Origin: an uncultured Thermoplasmata archaeon
Lineage (GTDB): Archaea > Thermoplasmatota > Thermoplasmata > RBG-16-68-12
Assembly (NCBI GenBank): GCA_963768855.1
Contig: CAVYJM010000015.1
Location: 37,905 to 101,904, forward strand
Direction: 5' to 3'
Length of the DNA stretch: 64,000 bases
Below, in pieces: positions 51,676 to 58,711 of this stretch. Under the pieces are notes generated by a model that was not told the DNA's origin, made no database searches, and was given only the letters and a program-made list of their open reading frames with translations. The position numbers were made by a program, and so were the translations under genes. Each line of letters opens with the position of its first letter. Positions within the stretch are counted from its first letter, which is position 1.

Positions 51676-52277
51676 GGGTCCTTTCCTCCAAGCGCATCGC
51701 GGAGGATTGGAAGGACCGGCTCGTAGAGGTAGGGCCGGGCGGCGGCGTACCCGTACGCTTCGCGGAGGGGCACGACCCGGACGCCCCCGTGGTCCACGGA
51801 GCGGACCCGCGCGACCGGGTGGAGGACGTGGATCACGCCGAAGAGGGTCTCCCGCGCGCCCGCGACGACGGCCCGCGCGCCCGAGGCGCGGAAGAAGGCC
51901 CTCCAGGCCGAGAGGTCCGTACGCCGAACGCGGAGATGGAGGGGGCGGAAGCCGCGGGTGAAGCCCGTCCAGTACCCCCCGTCGGTCCAGACCGTGACCG
52001 CGGTGGCGTCGCAATACGCGTGGGGGAGCTCGGAGCGGTCCGCGAGGCCGAGGGCGTTTTCCTCCCGCTCGAGGAACGCGTGCATCCGACGCTCGGGGGC
52101 GACGAGCCGATACTTCCCGACCCCCACGGACTCGAGGTAGCCGAGGCGGTGGAGGTCGGAGAGGACCTTGCCGGGGGCGGGGGACGGGAAGGTCTCGCGG
52201 AACGACGCGATTGTGAACGGGTCCGGACCGAACGCCGCGTGAATCCAGGCGTAGAGGGACTCATAGGCGGTGGGCAT
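51672..52277 (-). CDS. AbiEi-like antitoxin with N-terminal winged helix
   Basis: FTIASFRETF..KVLSDLHRLGYLESVGVGKYRL; coupled to the NTase gene. Confidence 0.7.
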   Translation of the reverse strand: MPTAYESLYAWIHAAFGPDPFTIASFRETFPSPAPGKVLSDLHRLGYLESVGVGKYRLVAPERRMHAFLEREENALGLADRSELPHAYCDATAVTVWTDGGYWTGFTRGFRPLHLRVRRTDLSAWRAFFRASGARAVVAGARETLFGVIHVLHPVARVRSVDHGGVRVVPLREAYGYAAARPYLYEPVLPILRDALGGKDP

Positions 52278-52281
52278 TTGA

Positions 52282-52307
52282 TAACCATAATGGTTACTAA
52301 TATTAGT
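52282..52307. promoter_or_regulatory. Two abutting palindromes in the AbiE-like TA promoter
   Basis: TAACCAT-A-ATGGTTA (52282-52296) and ACTAATATTAGT (52296-52307), immediately upstream of the start at 52277. Confidence 0.7.
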
Positions 52308-52401
52308 GCATTCCTATCGGGGGACCGAAACGGCCGCAGAGCCCTCCGGGCTCGTTCCATAGGTGCCGTCTCTTGCGGGGAATGAGGATAACGCCGTGCA
52401 T

Positions 52402-52637
52402 CCTTCCGGCGCCTCCGCGGCAAGGGCATAGAGTGCACGGGCACGACCTAGGTCGGCCACGTCGAGGCCGAGCTCGGCGAGATCCGATACGCCTTCTGCG
52501 ACGCCTGCCGGCCGATCACCGTGGACGCCTGGGGCGCACGACGGCGGCGAGAGAACTGGGGAATCCCGTACCTCGACCCGAGGACCTTTGAACCCAACCC
52601 CGGAATCCGCCGGGAGGATTGGATGGTCGGCCGGTGA
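52402..52637 (+). repeat. Zn-ribbon mini-gene repeat, copy B (decayed)
   Basis: GIECTGTT*VGHVEAELGEIRYAFCDACRPITVDAWGARRRRENWGIPYLDPRTF; TAG at 52449; core at 52498-52510; upstream CCTTCCGGCGCC shared with copy C. Confidence 0.85.
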
Positions 52638-52720
52638 GGGCGGAGGCGTGTATCGCCCCGCTTCCCCAGGAAGGAAGTCGACGCATCGGAGTCGGAGCCG
52701 ACGGGTAACGGAAGGATTGA

Positions 52721-52751
52721 CATGGTATTCTACCATGCAAGACTTTAAATG
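52721..52751 (+). promoter_or_regulatory. Inverted-repeat operator and TATA box of the AbrB-VapC pair
   Basis: CATGGTA-TTC-TACCATG (52721-52737) followed by TTTAAAT (52745-52751), ~23 nt before ATG 52774. Confidence 0.65.
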
Positions 52752-52773
52752 GTATTATGGCATAGAACCCCTC

Positions 52774-53040
52774 ATGGAAGACATCGTCGCGGTGGACCGG
52801 GCCGGACGCGTGGTCATCCCCAAGGCCATCCGCGAGGCGGCCGGAATCGACGAGCGCGCGAAGCTCCTCATCGCCGTCACGGCGGCGGGCCGCATCGTGC
52901 TGCAGAAGCTCGACGTGGAGACCGTCGCCGCGCGCCTCGAGAAGGAGCTCGCGGGGCGCGACGTCGACGCGATCGCGCGCAAGATCCGGGAGGAGATCCG
53001 TGCCCGCGTCCGAAAGGAGTATCCGGACCTTCCTGCTTGA
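52774..53040 (+). CDS. AbrB/MazE-type antitoxin
   Basis: VDRAGRVVIPKAIREAAGI. Confidence 0.88.
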   Translation: MEDIVAVDRAGRVVIPKAIREAAGIDERAKLLIAVTAAGRIVLQKLDVETVAARLEKELAGRDVDAIARKIREEIRARVRKEYPDLPA

Positions 53041-53494
53041 CACGAACGTCTTCGTGGCAGCGGTGAAGCACCCGCGCCGGGAGACCGCGACCTTGCGGTT
53101 CCTCCTCGCCCTCCTCGAGCGGGAGGACCTGCGGCTCGTGGGCAACGCGTTCTGGATCGAGGAGATGGTCCGCTACGCCGAGGAGTTCCGCTCGGAGACC
53201 GCGGCGTGGCTCGTCGGTGCGCTCTTGGACCGCACGAGGGTCGTCCGGGTCGAGCGGAACTTCGTCACGATCTGCGCGAAGTACGTCACGACGCCGGATC
53301 CGGCGGATGTGCTCCACGCGGCGACGTGCCTCCAGGAGAGGGCCATCCTCGTCTCCAACGACCGGCATTTCGACCGCATCCGGGACGAGGGCGTGATCGA
53401 GGTCTGGAGCATTGCCAAGGCGATCCGGTCCCTGGCAGGATCGCACCCCGGCATGAACCCCTTCGCCCACACGGAAGAGTCGCATGAGCCCTGA
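53000..53494 (+). CDS. vapC: PIN-domain toxin (VapC)
   Basis: LLDTNVFV, EEM, DPADVLHAATC, LVSNDRHF; GGAGGAG SD. Confidence 0.9.
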   Translation: MPASERSIRTFLLDTNVFVAAVKHPRRETATLRFLLALLEREDLRLVGNAFWIEEMVRYAEEFRSETAAWLVGALLDRTRVVRVERNFVTICAKYVTTPDPADVLHAATCLQERAILVSNDRHFDRIRDEGVIEVWSIAKAIRSLAGSHPGMNPFAHTEESHEP

Positions 53495-53555
53495 AGCGCG
53501 CTTCGACCGAGTGCTGGACTCCTTCGGGTGGGTCGAGTACTTCCGGGGCACGCCC
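53484..53555 (+). pseudogene. 5' fragment of a second PIN/VapC gene
   Basis: MSPEARFDRVLDSFGWVEYFRGTP (PIN N-terminal xLDSxxWxEYF motif), cut off at the Cas2-like remnant. Confidence 0.55.
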
Positions 53556-53657
53556 GCCGTGGCTCGACGTCCGCTGCCCGTACAGGCGCTTCACGAGCTC
53601 GCTCGCCTTGTCCGGGTCGTACGACGCCAGGCGGAACGCGATCCGCGTGCCCTCCAC
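53553..53657 (-). pseudogene. Cas2/VapD-like mini-gene, copy 3 (5' third)
   Basis: (G)TG MEGTRIAFRLASYDPDKASELVKRLYGQRTSSHGG; DNA at 53580-53648 aligns with 45828-45896. Confidence 0.75.
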
Positions 53658-53698
53658 GGAACCCGTCGTATGCCCGTCATAAAGGCATAGTCCCTCAG

Positions 53699-53925
53699 CC
53701 TTCCGGCGCCCATGGGGGATGTGCATGGAGTGCAACGGCACGACATAGGTGGGCACGTTCGAGGACGACCTCGACACGATCCGCCTCGTCTTCAGCGACA
53801 CCTGCCGCACAATCGCGCTCGCTGCGTGGGACGGGAGGCGGAAGCGGAGGAGCGGGGCCATCACGTGCCTCGGCCCGAGGACTCAGGCCGGCGCTGGTTC
53901 TCTCCGGCAGGCGACCGAGAGGTGA
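53699..53925 (+). repeat. Zn-ribbon mini-gene repeat, copy C (most complete)
   Basis: ATG 53719: MCMECNGTT*VGTFEDDLDTIRLVFSDTCRTIALAAWDGRRKRRSGAITCL; TAG at 53746; core GCGACACCTGCCG at 53795-53807. Confidence 0.85.
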
Positions 53926-53928
53926 GCG

Positions 53929-54579
53929 CTACCGGGGCTCTGGCACCGCGATGGACGCCCACTTCCGAATGTCTTCGAGGAGGCGCCTCATCTCGTCGAC
54001 TTGGCTCAGCATCCGTCCCGCAAAGCCCGGATAGTCAACCTCGCGGAGCAGATGGAGGCGTGGCCCCCCGAGATTGATACACGTGATCCGCCACGCGGGG
54101 AAGCCGCGCTCCAGGAGCCTCGGCTCCGTGCACTCGAAGAAAAAGAGCCACCACGCAGGATTCGAGAGCGCGCCGGCCACCTCGGCCAGCCGCCGGGCGA
54201 TGTCCGGCGGAAGTCCGTTGATGGGTTTCCGGCTCCGCTCGAGCAGCCGTCGACGGTACCCGCGAATGGCGCGCTCGAACTTCGCGTGCTCTCCCACGCC
54301 CGGTGTCGCGATCGTTCCGTCCGCCCGGCCCATCAGGGTGAACTGGAACACCAGCGAAGCGTCGACGCCCATGATGGTCGTGACGTAGAGCCCGTTGTCG
54401 AACTGGAATCGATGGCGGCGGGACAGGGGCTGAAACCAACCTCGGTGGCTCACGATCCGGGCGGCGCCTTGGCGGAGGATCTCATCCTCAATCCACGCCA
54501 TCTCATGTTCGAACCGGGCGACCATCGCTTGAAACCAGCGACTCCCGTCTCGCCGCGGCAGGCGGAGGAGCCAGGGCAT
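53929..54579 (-). CDS. Hypothetical protein (216 aa)
   Basis: Globular, aromatic-rich sequence (MPWLLRLPRRDGSRWFQAMVARFEHE...); no family recognised. Confidence 0.55.
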   Translation of the reverse strand: MPWLLRLPRRDGSRWFQAMVARFEHEMAWIEDEILRQGAARIVSHRGWFQPLSRRHRFQFDNGLYVTTIMGVDASLVFQFTLMGRADGTIATPGVGEHAKFERAIRGYRRRLLERSRKPINGLPPDIARRLAEVAGALSNPAWWLFFFECTEPRLLERGFPAWRITCINLGGPRLHLLREVDYPGFAGRMLSQVDEMRRLLEDIRKWASIAVPEPR

Positions 54580-54702
54580 CACGTACCTCGTGCCCAAGGA
54601 CGGTCGGGCGCACGTCCTTCGCCCGACGGGATGACTCCCATCCGGTAACGGCCGCTTTCTTAAATACCGGGAGAAGCCGATGGTCCGGAGGGAGGAGTCT
54701 CC

Positions 54703-55626
54703 GTGAAGGACGTTCGGGCTCGGCTCTGGCTCCAGTCGATCCGCGGCCCCTTCCTTGTCGCCTCCCTGGTCCCCGCCTGCGTGGGCGGGCTCGCGGCGTG
54801 GCAAGTCCGGTCTGCCTTCAATCCCGCCCTCTTCCTCCTGGCCCTCCTCGGCGCAGTCTGCATCCACATCGCCGCGAACATGGCCAACGACGCGTGGGAC
54901 TACCGGAGCGGGAACGACCTCGCCGTGCGGCACCGCAACCCGTTCGCGGGCGGCGGTCGCGTCTTGATCCAGGGCGTCCTCGATCCGCGGCTCCATCTCG
55001 CCGTCGCGATGGGCTTCCTCGTCGCGGGTTCCCTGATCGGTTTGTACCTGGTCTCCCTCGTCGGCTGGCCTCTCTTCGTGCTCGGCCTCTTCGGCGTCCT
55101 CGTCGCGTACGCCTACGTCGGGCCGCCCCTCCGGCTCGCACACCACGGCGTCGGAGAGGTCGCGGTCGGGCTCGAGTTCGGGCCCGTCGTGCTCCTGGGG
55201 ACGTACTACGTCCTGACGCGGGCATTCGACCCGCCCGCCGTCGTCCTGTCCGCGGTGATGGGCCTCCTCGTCACGGGCATCCTGTGGATCAACGAGGTCC
55301 CGGACGTCGCCGCGGACGCCGCGGTCGGCAAGCGCACCCTCGTCGTGCGCCTGGGCGTGGGTCGCGCGACCGTGGCCTTCCAGGGGATCATCGCGGCGGC
55401 GTACGCAGTCCTCGTCCTCGGCGTGGCCTTCGCCGGCCTGACGCCTTGGGCGCTGCTCGCCCTGCTCAGCGTGCCCCTGGCCCTCCGGCCCGTTCGCGGG
55501 CTGCGGCGCACCGGGGGCGACCCGAACGCCCTCATCCCCTCGAACGCGGCGATGATCGTGACCACGTTCGTGGCGGGGGCGTTGCTCGCGGCCGGGCTGG
55601 CCATCGACGCGTTCCTCCTGCCGTGA
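54703..55626 (+). CDS. menA: 1,4-dihydroxy-2-naphthoate polyprenyltransferase (UbiA family)
   Basis: NMANDAWDYRSGND, GGGRVL, YVGPP..L...G.GE, INEVPDVAADAAVGKRTLVVRLG; TTAAATA promoter at 54660. Confidence 0.9.
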   Translation: MKDVRARLWLQSIRGPFLVASLVPACVGGLAAWQVRSAFNPALFLLALLGAVCIHIAANMANDAWDYRSGNDLAVRHRNPFAGGGRVLIQGVLDPRLHLAVAMGFLVAGSLIGLYLVSLVGWPLFVLGLFGVLVAYAYVGPPLRLAHHGVGEVAVGLEFGPVVLLGTYYVLTRAFDPPAVVLSAVMGLLVTGILWINEVPDVAADAAVGKRTLVVRLGVGRATVAFQGIIAAAYAVLVLGVAFAGLTPWALLALLSVPLALRPVRGLRRTGGDPNALIPSNAAMIVTTFVAGALLAAGLAIDAFLLP

Positions 55627-55731
55627 CCGTGAGCCCCGCCATCGCCGAGGCCGCCTCCATCGACCTCCGATTCGGCGCTCCCACCGAAAGACATATAACC
55701 ATATTACACAGATAACATACACAGGTCCACT

Positions 55732-55989
55732 ATGGAAATCAAGACGATCGCCCTCGACCGCGAGGCGTACGACCTCCTCCGGAAGCGCAAGCGAAAGGAC
55801 GAGAGCTTCAGCGACGCGGTCAAGCGCATCGCGCGGGAGACGCGGCCCGTGTCCGCCTTCGCGGGCGTCTGGAGGAAGCACCTCTCCGACTCGGACCTTG
55901 AGACGATCGAGAAGATCGAGAAGGCTCTCTGTCGCGGACGGGCGGCGGACCGCGAGCGGACGCGCAAGCTCCTCGTGCGGCAGGGATGA
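55732..55989 (+). CDS. VapB-type antitoxin (UPF0330-like)
   Basis: KTIALDREAYDLLRKRKRKDESFSDAVKR..FAGVW. Confidence 0.88.
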   Translation: MEIKTIALDREAYDLLRKRKRKDESFSDAVKRIARETRPVSAFAGVWRKHLSDSDLETIEKIEKALCRGRAADRERTRKLLVRQG

Positions 55990-56378
55990 GGGTGCGCTGC
56001 CTCGATTCGACCTTCCTCATCGACCTCCTCAAGGGCGACCCGGCCGCGACGGCGAAGATGCGGGAGATCGAGGCCCTGGGCGAGGCGGTCAGCCTGCCCG
56101 CTCCCTGCCTCGCGGAGGTCCTCCTCGGCGCGCACTTCAGGGGCGGCGACCTGCTCCGGGTTACGCTGGATGTCGTCGAGCGCCTCGATGTGCTCGAGGT
56201 CGATGCCGTTGTCGCGGGGGAGGCCGGCCGACTGGGCGCGGAACTCCTTCGACGCGGTGAGTCGCTGCCGACCACTGACCTGCTCATCGCGGCCGCCGCG
56301 CGGCTGAGCGGGCAGATCCTCGTCACGCGGGACACGGACTTCGCGCGGATTCCCGGCCTCGCCGTCGAAGGATACTGA
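55986..56378 (+). CDS. vapC: PIN-domain toxin (VapC)
   Basis: CLDSTFLIDLL, LAEV, DLLIAAAA, LVTRDTDFARIPGL; ATGA overlap. Confidence 0.92.
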   Translation: MRVRCLDSTFLIDLLKGDPAATAKMREIEALGEAVSLPAPCLAEVLLGAHFRGGDLLRVTLDVVERLDVLEVDAVVAGEAGRLGAELLRRGESLPTTDLLIAAAARLSGQILVTRDTDFARIPGLAVEGY

Positions 56379-56407
56379 AGGCGCGGGAACCTCTTCGGAG
56401 GCGTACA

Positions 56408-56433
56408 TATAAGTGGTTATAAGGAATTATAAG
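56408..56433 (+). promoter_or_regulatory. Three TATAAG direct repeats at exact 10-bp period in the TA promoter
   Basis: TATAAG at 56408, 56418 and 56428, immediately before ATG 56436. Confidence 0.7.
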
Positions 56434-56435
56434 CG

Positions 56436-56624
56436 ATGATGAGCACGACGACGATCCCGATCTCCCGCGAGGTCCGCGACCGGCTCAAACGGCTCGCCTC
56501 GAAGGGAGAGACGTACGACGCCCTCCTGCGGCGCATGATCGCGGACGCGGAGGCTCGCCTCCTGTACGAGCGGGAGAAGCGCATCCTGGAGACCGAGGAG
56601 TTCGTCCCTCTTGACGAAGCGTAA
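56436..56624 (+). CDS. Ribbon-helix-helix-type antitoxin
   Basis: TTIPISREVRDRLKRLASKGETYDALLRRMI; C-terminal EEFVPLDE. Confidence 0.82.
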   Translation: MMSTTTIPISREVRDRLKRLASKGETYDALLRRMIADAEARLLYEREKRILETEEFVPLDEA

Positions 56625-56892
56625 GGTCCTCCTCTCCAGGACCGCGCTCCGCGAGCTGGAGCGGCTGCCCACCGACGCGGCTCGAAGGCTTCGCGAGCGG
56701 ATGGAGGCGCTCGGGGACGACCCCATCCGTCCGCGTCCCGGGGCGGACATCAAGCCCTTGTGGACCGACGACGATCCGCCCATGTACCGCCTGCGGGTCG
56801 GCGACGACCGCGTCCTCTACTTCGTCCTCCCGGGTGAGGTTCGCGTCACCGAGATCGTCCACCGGTCCCAGGCGGATCGTGGCTTGGACTGA
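56611..56892 (+). CDS. relE: RelE/ParE-family toxin
   Basis: ALRELERLP, DIKPL, YRLRVGDDRVLY, IVHR. Confidence 0.88.
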   Translation: MTKRKVLLSRTALRELERLPTDAARRLRERMEALGDDPIRPRPGADIKPLWTDDDPPMYRLRVGDDRVLYFVLPGEVRVTEIVHRSQADRGLD

Positions 56893-57082
56893 CTGCGCTC
56901 TGGCGCCGGAGGGTCTGCTCCAGCTTCTCGCGGAGCACGTCCCGCGGCAGCTCTCGCATCCCGACGTGTCGGTTCAGCCACATCACGTGCCTCACGTCGC
57001 TCGCCTCCGCCAACGCCCAGAAGTGGTCCGCAAGGCGTGCGACGTCCGCGAGCTCAGCGGGGCACACGGGACAAGCGATCAT
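56846..57082 (-). CDS. Small C2H2 zinc-finger protein
   Basis: CPVC...LADH...DVRHVMWLNRH; GTGA overlap with the upstream gene. Confidence 0.7.
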   Translation of the reverse strand: MIACPVCPAELADVARLADHFWALAEASDVRHVMWLNRHVGMRELPRDVLREKLEQTLRRQSAVSPSHDPPGTGGRSR

Positions 57083-57387
57083 CGGAGGTCCAGTCGCGTG
57101 ATCGTGCCGTCGTCGTTGCCTGCCACGAAGAAGCGCACTTCCTGCTTGCCGCAGCGCGCCCGGCCGTCCGCCTCGTTGCCCTGCATGTCATCCAGGAACA
57201 GGAAGTCGACGCGCGGCCAGCCGGTCTTCGTCTTGAGCACGTTCGCCGCGTTCTCCCACGCGTCCGCGCAGAGGGAACAGCAGAAGAAGCGGTTCACGCC
57301 TTCGACCGTGCGCCAGTAGTTCCCCCAGGAGCTCCCGCAGAGGGCGCAGCCCGCGTCCTTCGACTCCCCGGGGATCGGCTCGGTCAC
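57079..57387 (-). CDS. TA0938-family zinc-binding protein
   Basis: GCALCGSSWGNYW..VEG..FFCCSLCA..KTGW matches the Thermoplasma TA0938 pattern (GCALCG.TWG.YY..FFCC.ICA..RTGW). Confidence 0.8.
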   Translation of the reverse strand: MTEPIPGESKDAGCALCGSSWGNYWRTVEGVNRFFCCSLCADAWENAANVLKTKTGWPRVDFLFLDDMQGNEADGRARCGKQEVRFFVAGNDDGTITRLDLR

Positions 57388-58118
57388 GTCCCCGCCTCCA
57401 GGAGTTCGCGCCGCCGCTCCGCAATCGCCTCGAGGTAGAGCCGCATGTCCTCCATGGATCGTCGGAAGGTCGTGAGCACAGCCTCGGGCGTGGAGTCCGT
57501 CGCGGCGTACTTCGCCACCAGATCCGCCGCGCGACCCGCGTGGGCCGTGTCCGCGGCCGTCGTCGAGAGCCAGCGGCGCGTGGCCGGGCCGAACGCGCCC
57601 TGCTCGATGAAGCTCCGGTCGCTCACGATGGAGGGCATCGCGAAGTCCGGGTGCTTCTTGAGGCGCTGGTCCGCGAGCATCTCCGTGCCGTGGACCGCGG
57701 CCATGGCCTCCACCCAGGGCCGGTCGCGCACGATGGCGTACCAATCGACGATCGCGCGCTGCATCTTCGGGTGGGCCCGTCCGCGGTCGATCTCCTGGTC
57801 GCTCCAGCCGCTCTCCCGGCACGCCTGCCTCACGATCACATAGTGCCCCCCGCCCACCGCCGGGTCATGGACGAGCTTGTCGTGCAGGTTGTCGATCTCG
57901 TACTCCCAGACGTCCTGATGGGGACACCGCGCGACGATGGCGCCGCACCACCGCGGGAAGGCCTGGAGGAATCGCCAGTGCTCGATCGTCATGGCCTTCA
58001 CGAACGCGGCGTCGGGCGAGTAGAGGACGCGGATCGCCTCCGGCGCGTCCTTCGAGTAGAAGGCGCGCACGACGATCGTCCGCAGCCGGTCCTGAAGGGA
58101 TTCCGCAGCTTCGCCCAT
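57384..58118 (-). CDS. Heme-oxygenase-like helical-bundle protein (PqqC/CADD/TenA superfamily)
   Basis: AFPRWCGAIVARCP, DNLHDK...H, W.EAMAA..GTE, ADTAH; all-helical; first gene of a 3-gene coupled operon. Confidence 0.75.
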   Translation of the reverse strand: MGEAAESLQDRLRTIVVRAFYSKDAPEAIRVLYSPDAAFVKAMTIEHWRFLQAFPRWCGAIVARCPHQDVWEYEIDNLHDKLVHDPAVGGGHYVIVRQACRESGWSDQEIDRGRAHPKMQRAIVDWYAIVRDRPWVEAMAAVHGTEMLADQRLKKHPDFAMPSIVSDRSFIEQGAFGPATRRWLSTTAADTAHAGRAADLVAKYAATDSTPEAVLTTFRRSMEDMRLYLEAIAERRRELLEAGT

Positions 58119-58409
58119 TCCATCGCCCCGCTCCGCTTCGCGCTCACAAGCCATGAACCTTCCCGTCGATGAAGTTGATGAATTCATCGCCGTCGATGCC
58201 GGGTGGCGGCCCACGGATCGGCCACTCCATCCGGACCCGGGAGAGCGTGCGGCGTGGGCCTGCGTGAACGCCAAGGTCGTCTAGCCCAGGACCCTGCCTC
58301 CCCGAGCCATGGACGGGCCATCCGTCGGGTTCCAGGTGGTGTCCCCCACGCGCGAGGGAAACCGCACGGCGGGGTCCACCGCGTGGCCACGGAGGCGGCC
58401 ATCAGGACG

Positions 58410-58552
58410 GCCATCGGGCATGGCCATGGTGGAAGCCAGACGATGGCTCCTCCCTGGGCGACGCCTGCCGGACGATCGCCGGGGACGCCTGGGACGCGCG
58501 CCAAGGACGAAAGAGCTGGGGCATCACCCACCTAGAACCGGAGACACCCTAA
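58410..58552 (+). repeat. Zn-ribbon mini-gene repeat, copy D (internal deletion)
   Basis: GDACRTIAGDAWDARQGRKSWGITHLEPET; core at 58458-58470; upstream CCATCGGGC shared with copy F. Confidence 0.75.
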
Positions 58553-58711
58553 CGTCCCGGCACGATAGCTGTCCGCGCCCTGCCGCACCGCCACCCTGAG
58601 CCCAAGGATAAATCTCGGGCCCGATAACGGCAGCCTGCGTTCTTAATAGAGCCACGGCGAAAGGATTCCGCGGTCGGTCAGCGCCTTCGCGACGCGGGAG
58701 GCCGATGCATC

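Noticed and set aside
53929-55881. 650-aa ORF
   Set aside because: The first two-thirds is the antisense of menA; only 53929-54579 looks coding.
57384-58118. PQQ biosynthesis (pqqC)
   Set aside because: No pqqA/B/D/E neighbours, and PqqC-specific conservation could not be shown; kept at superfamily level.
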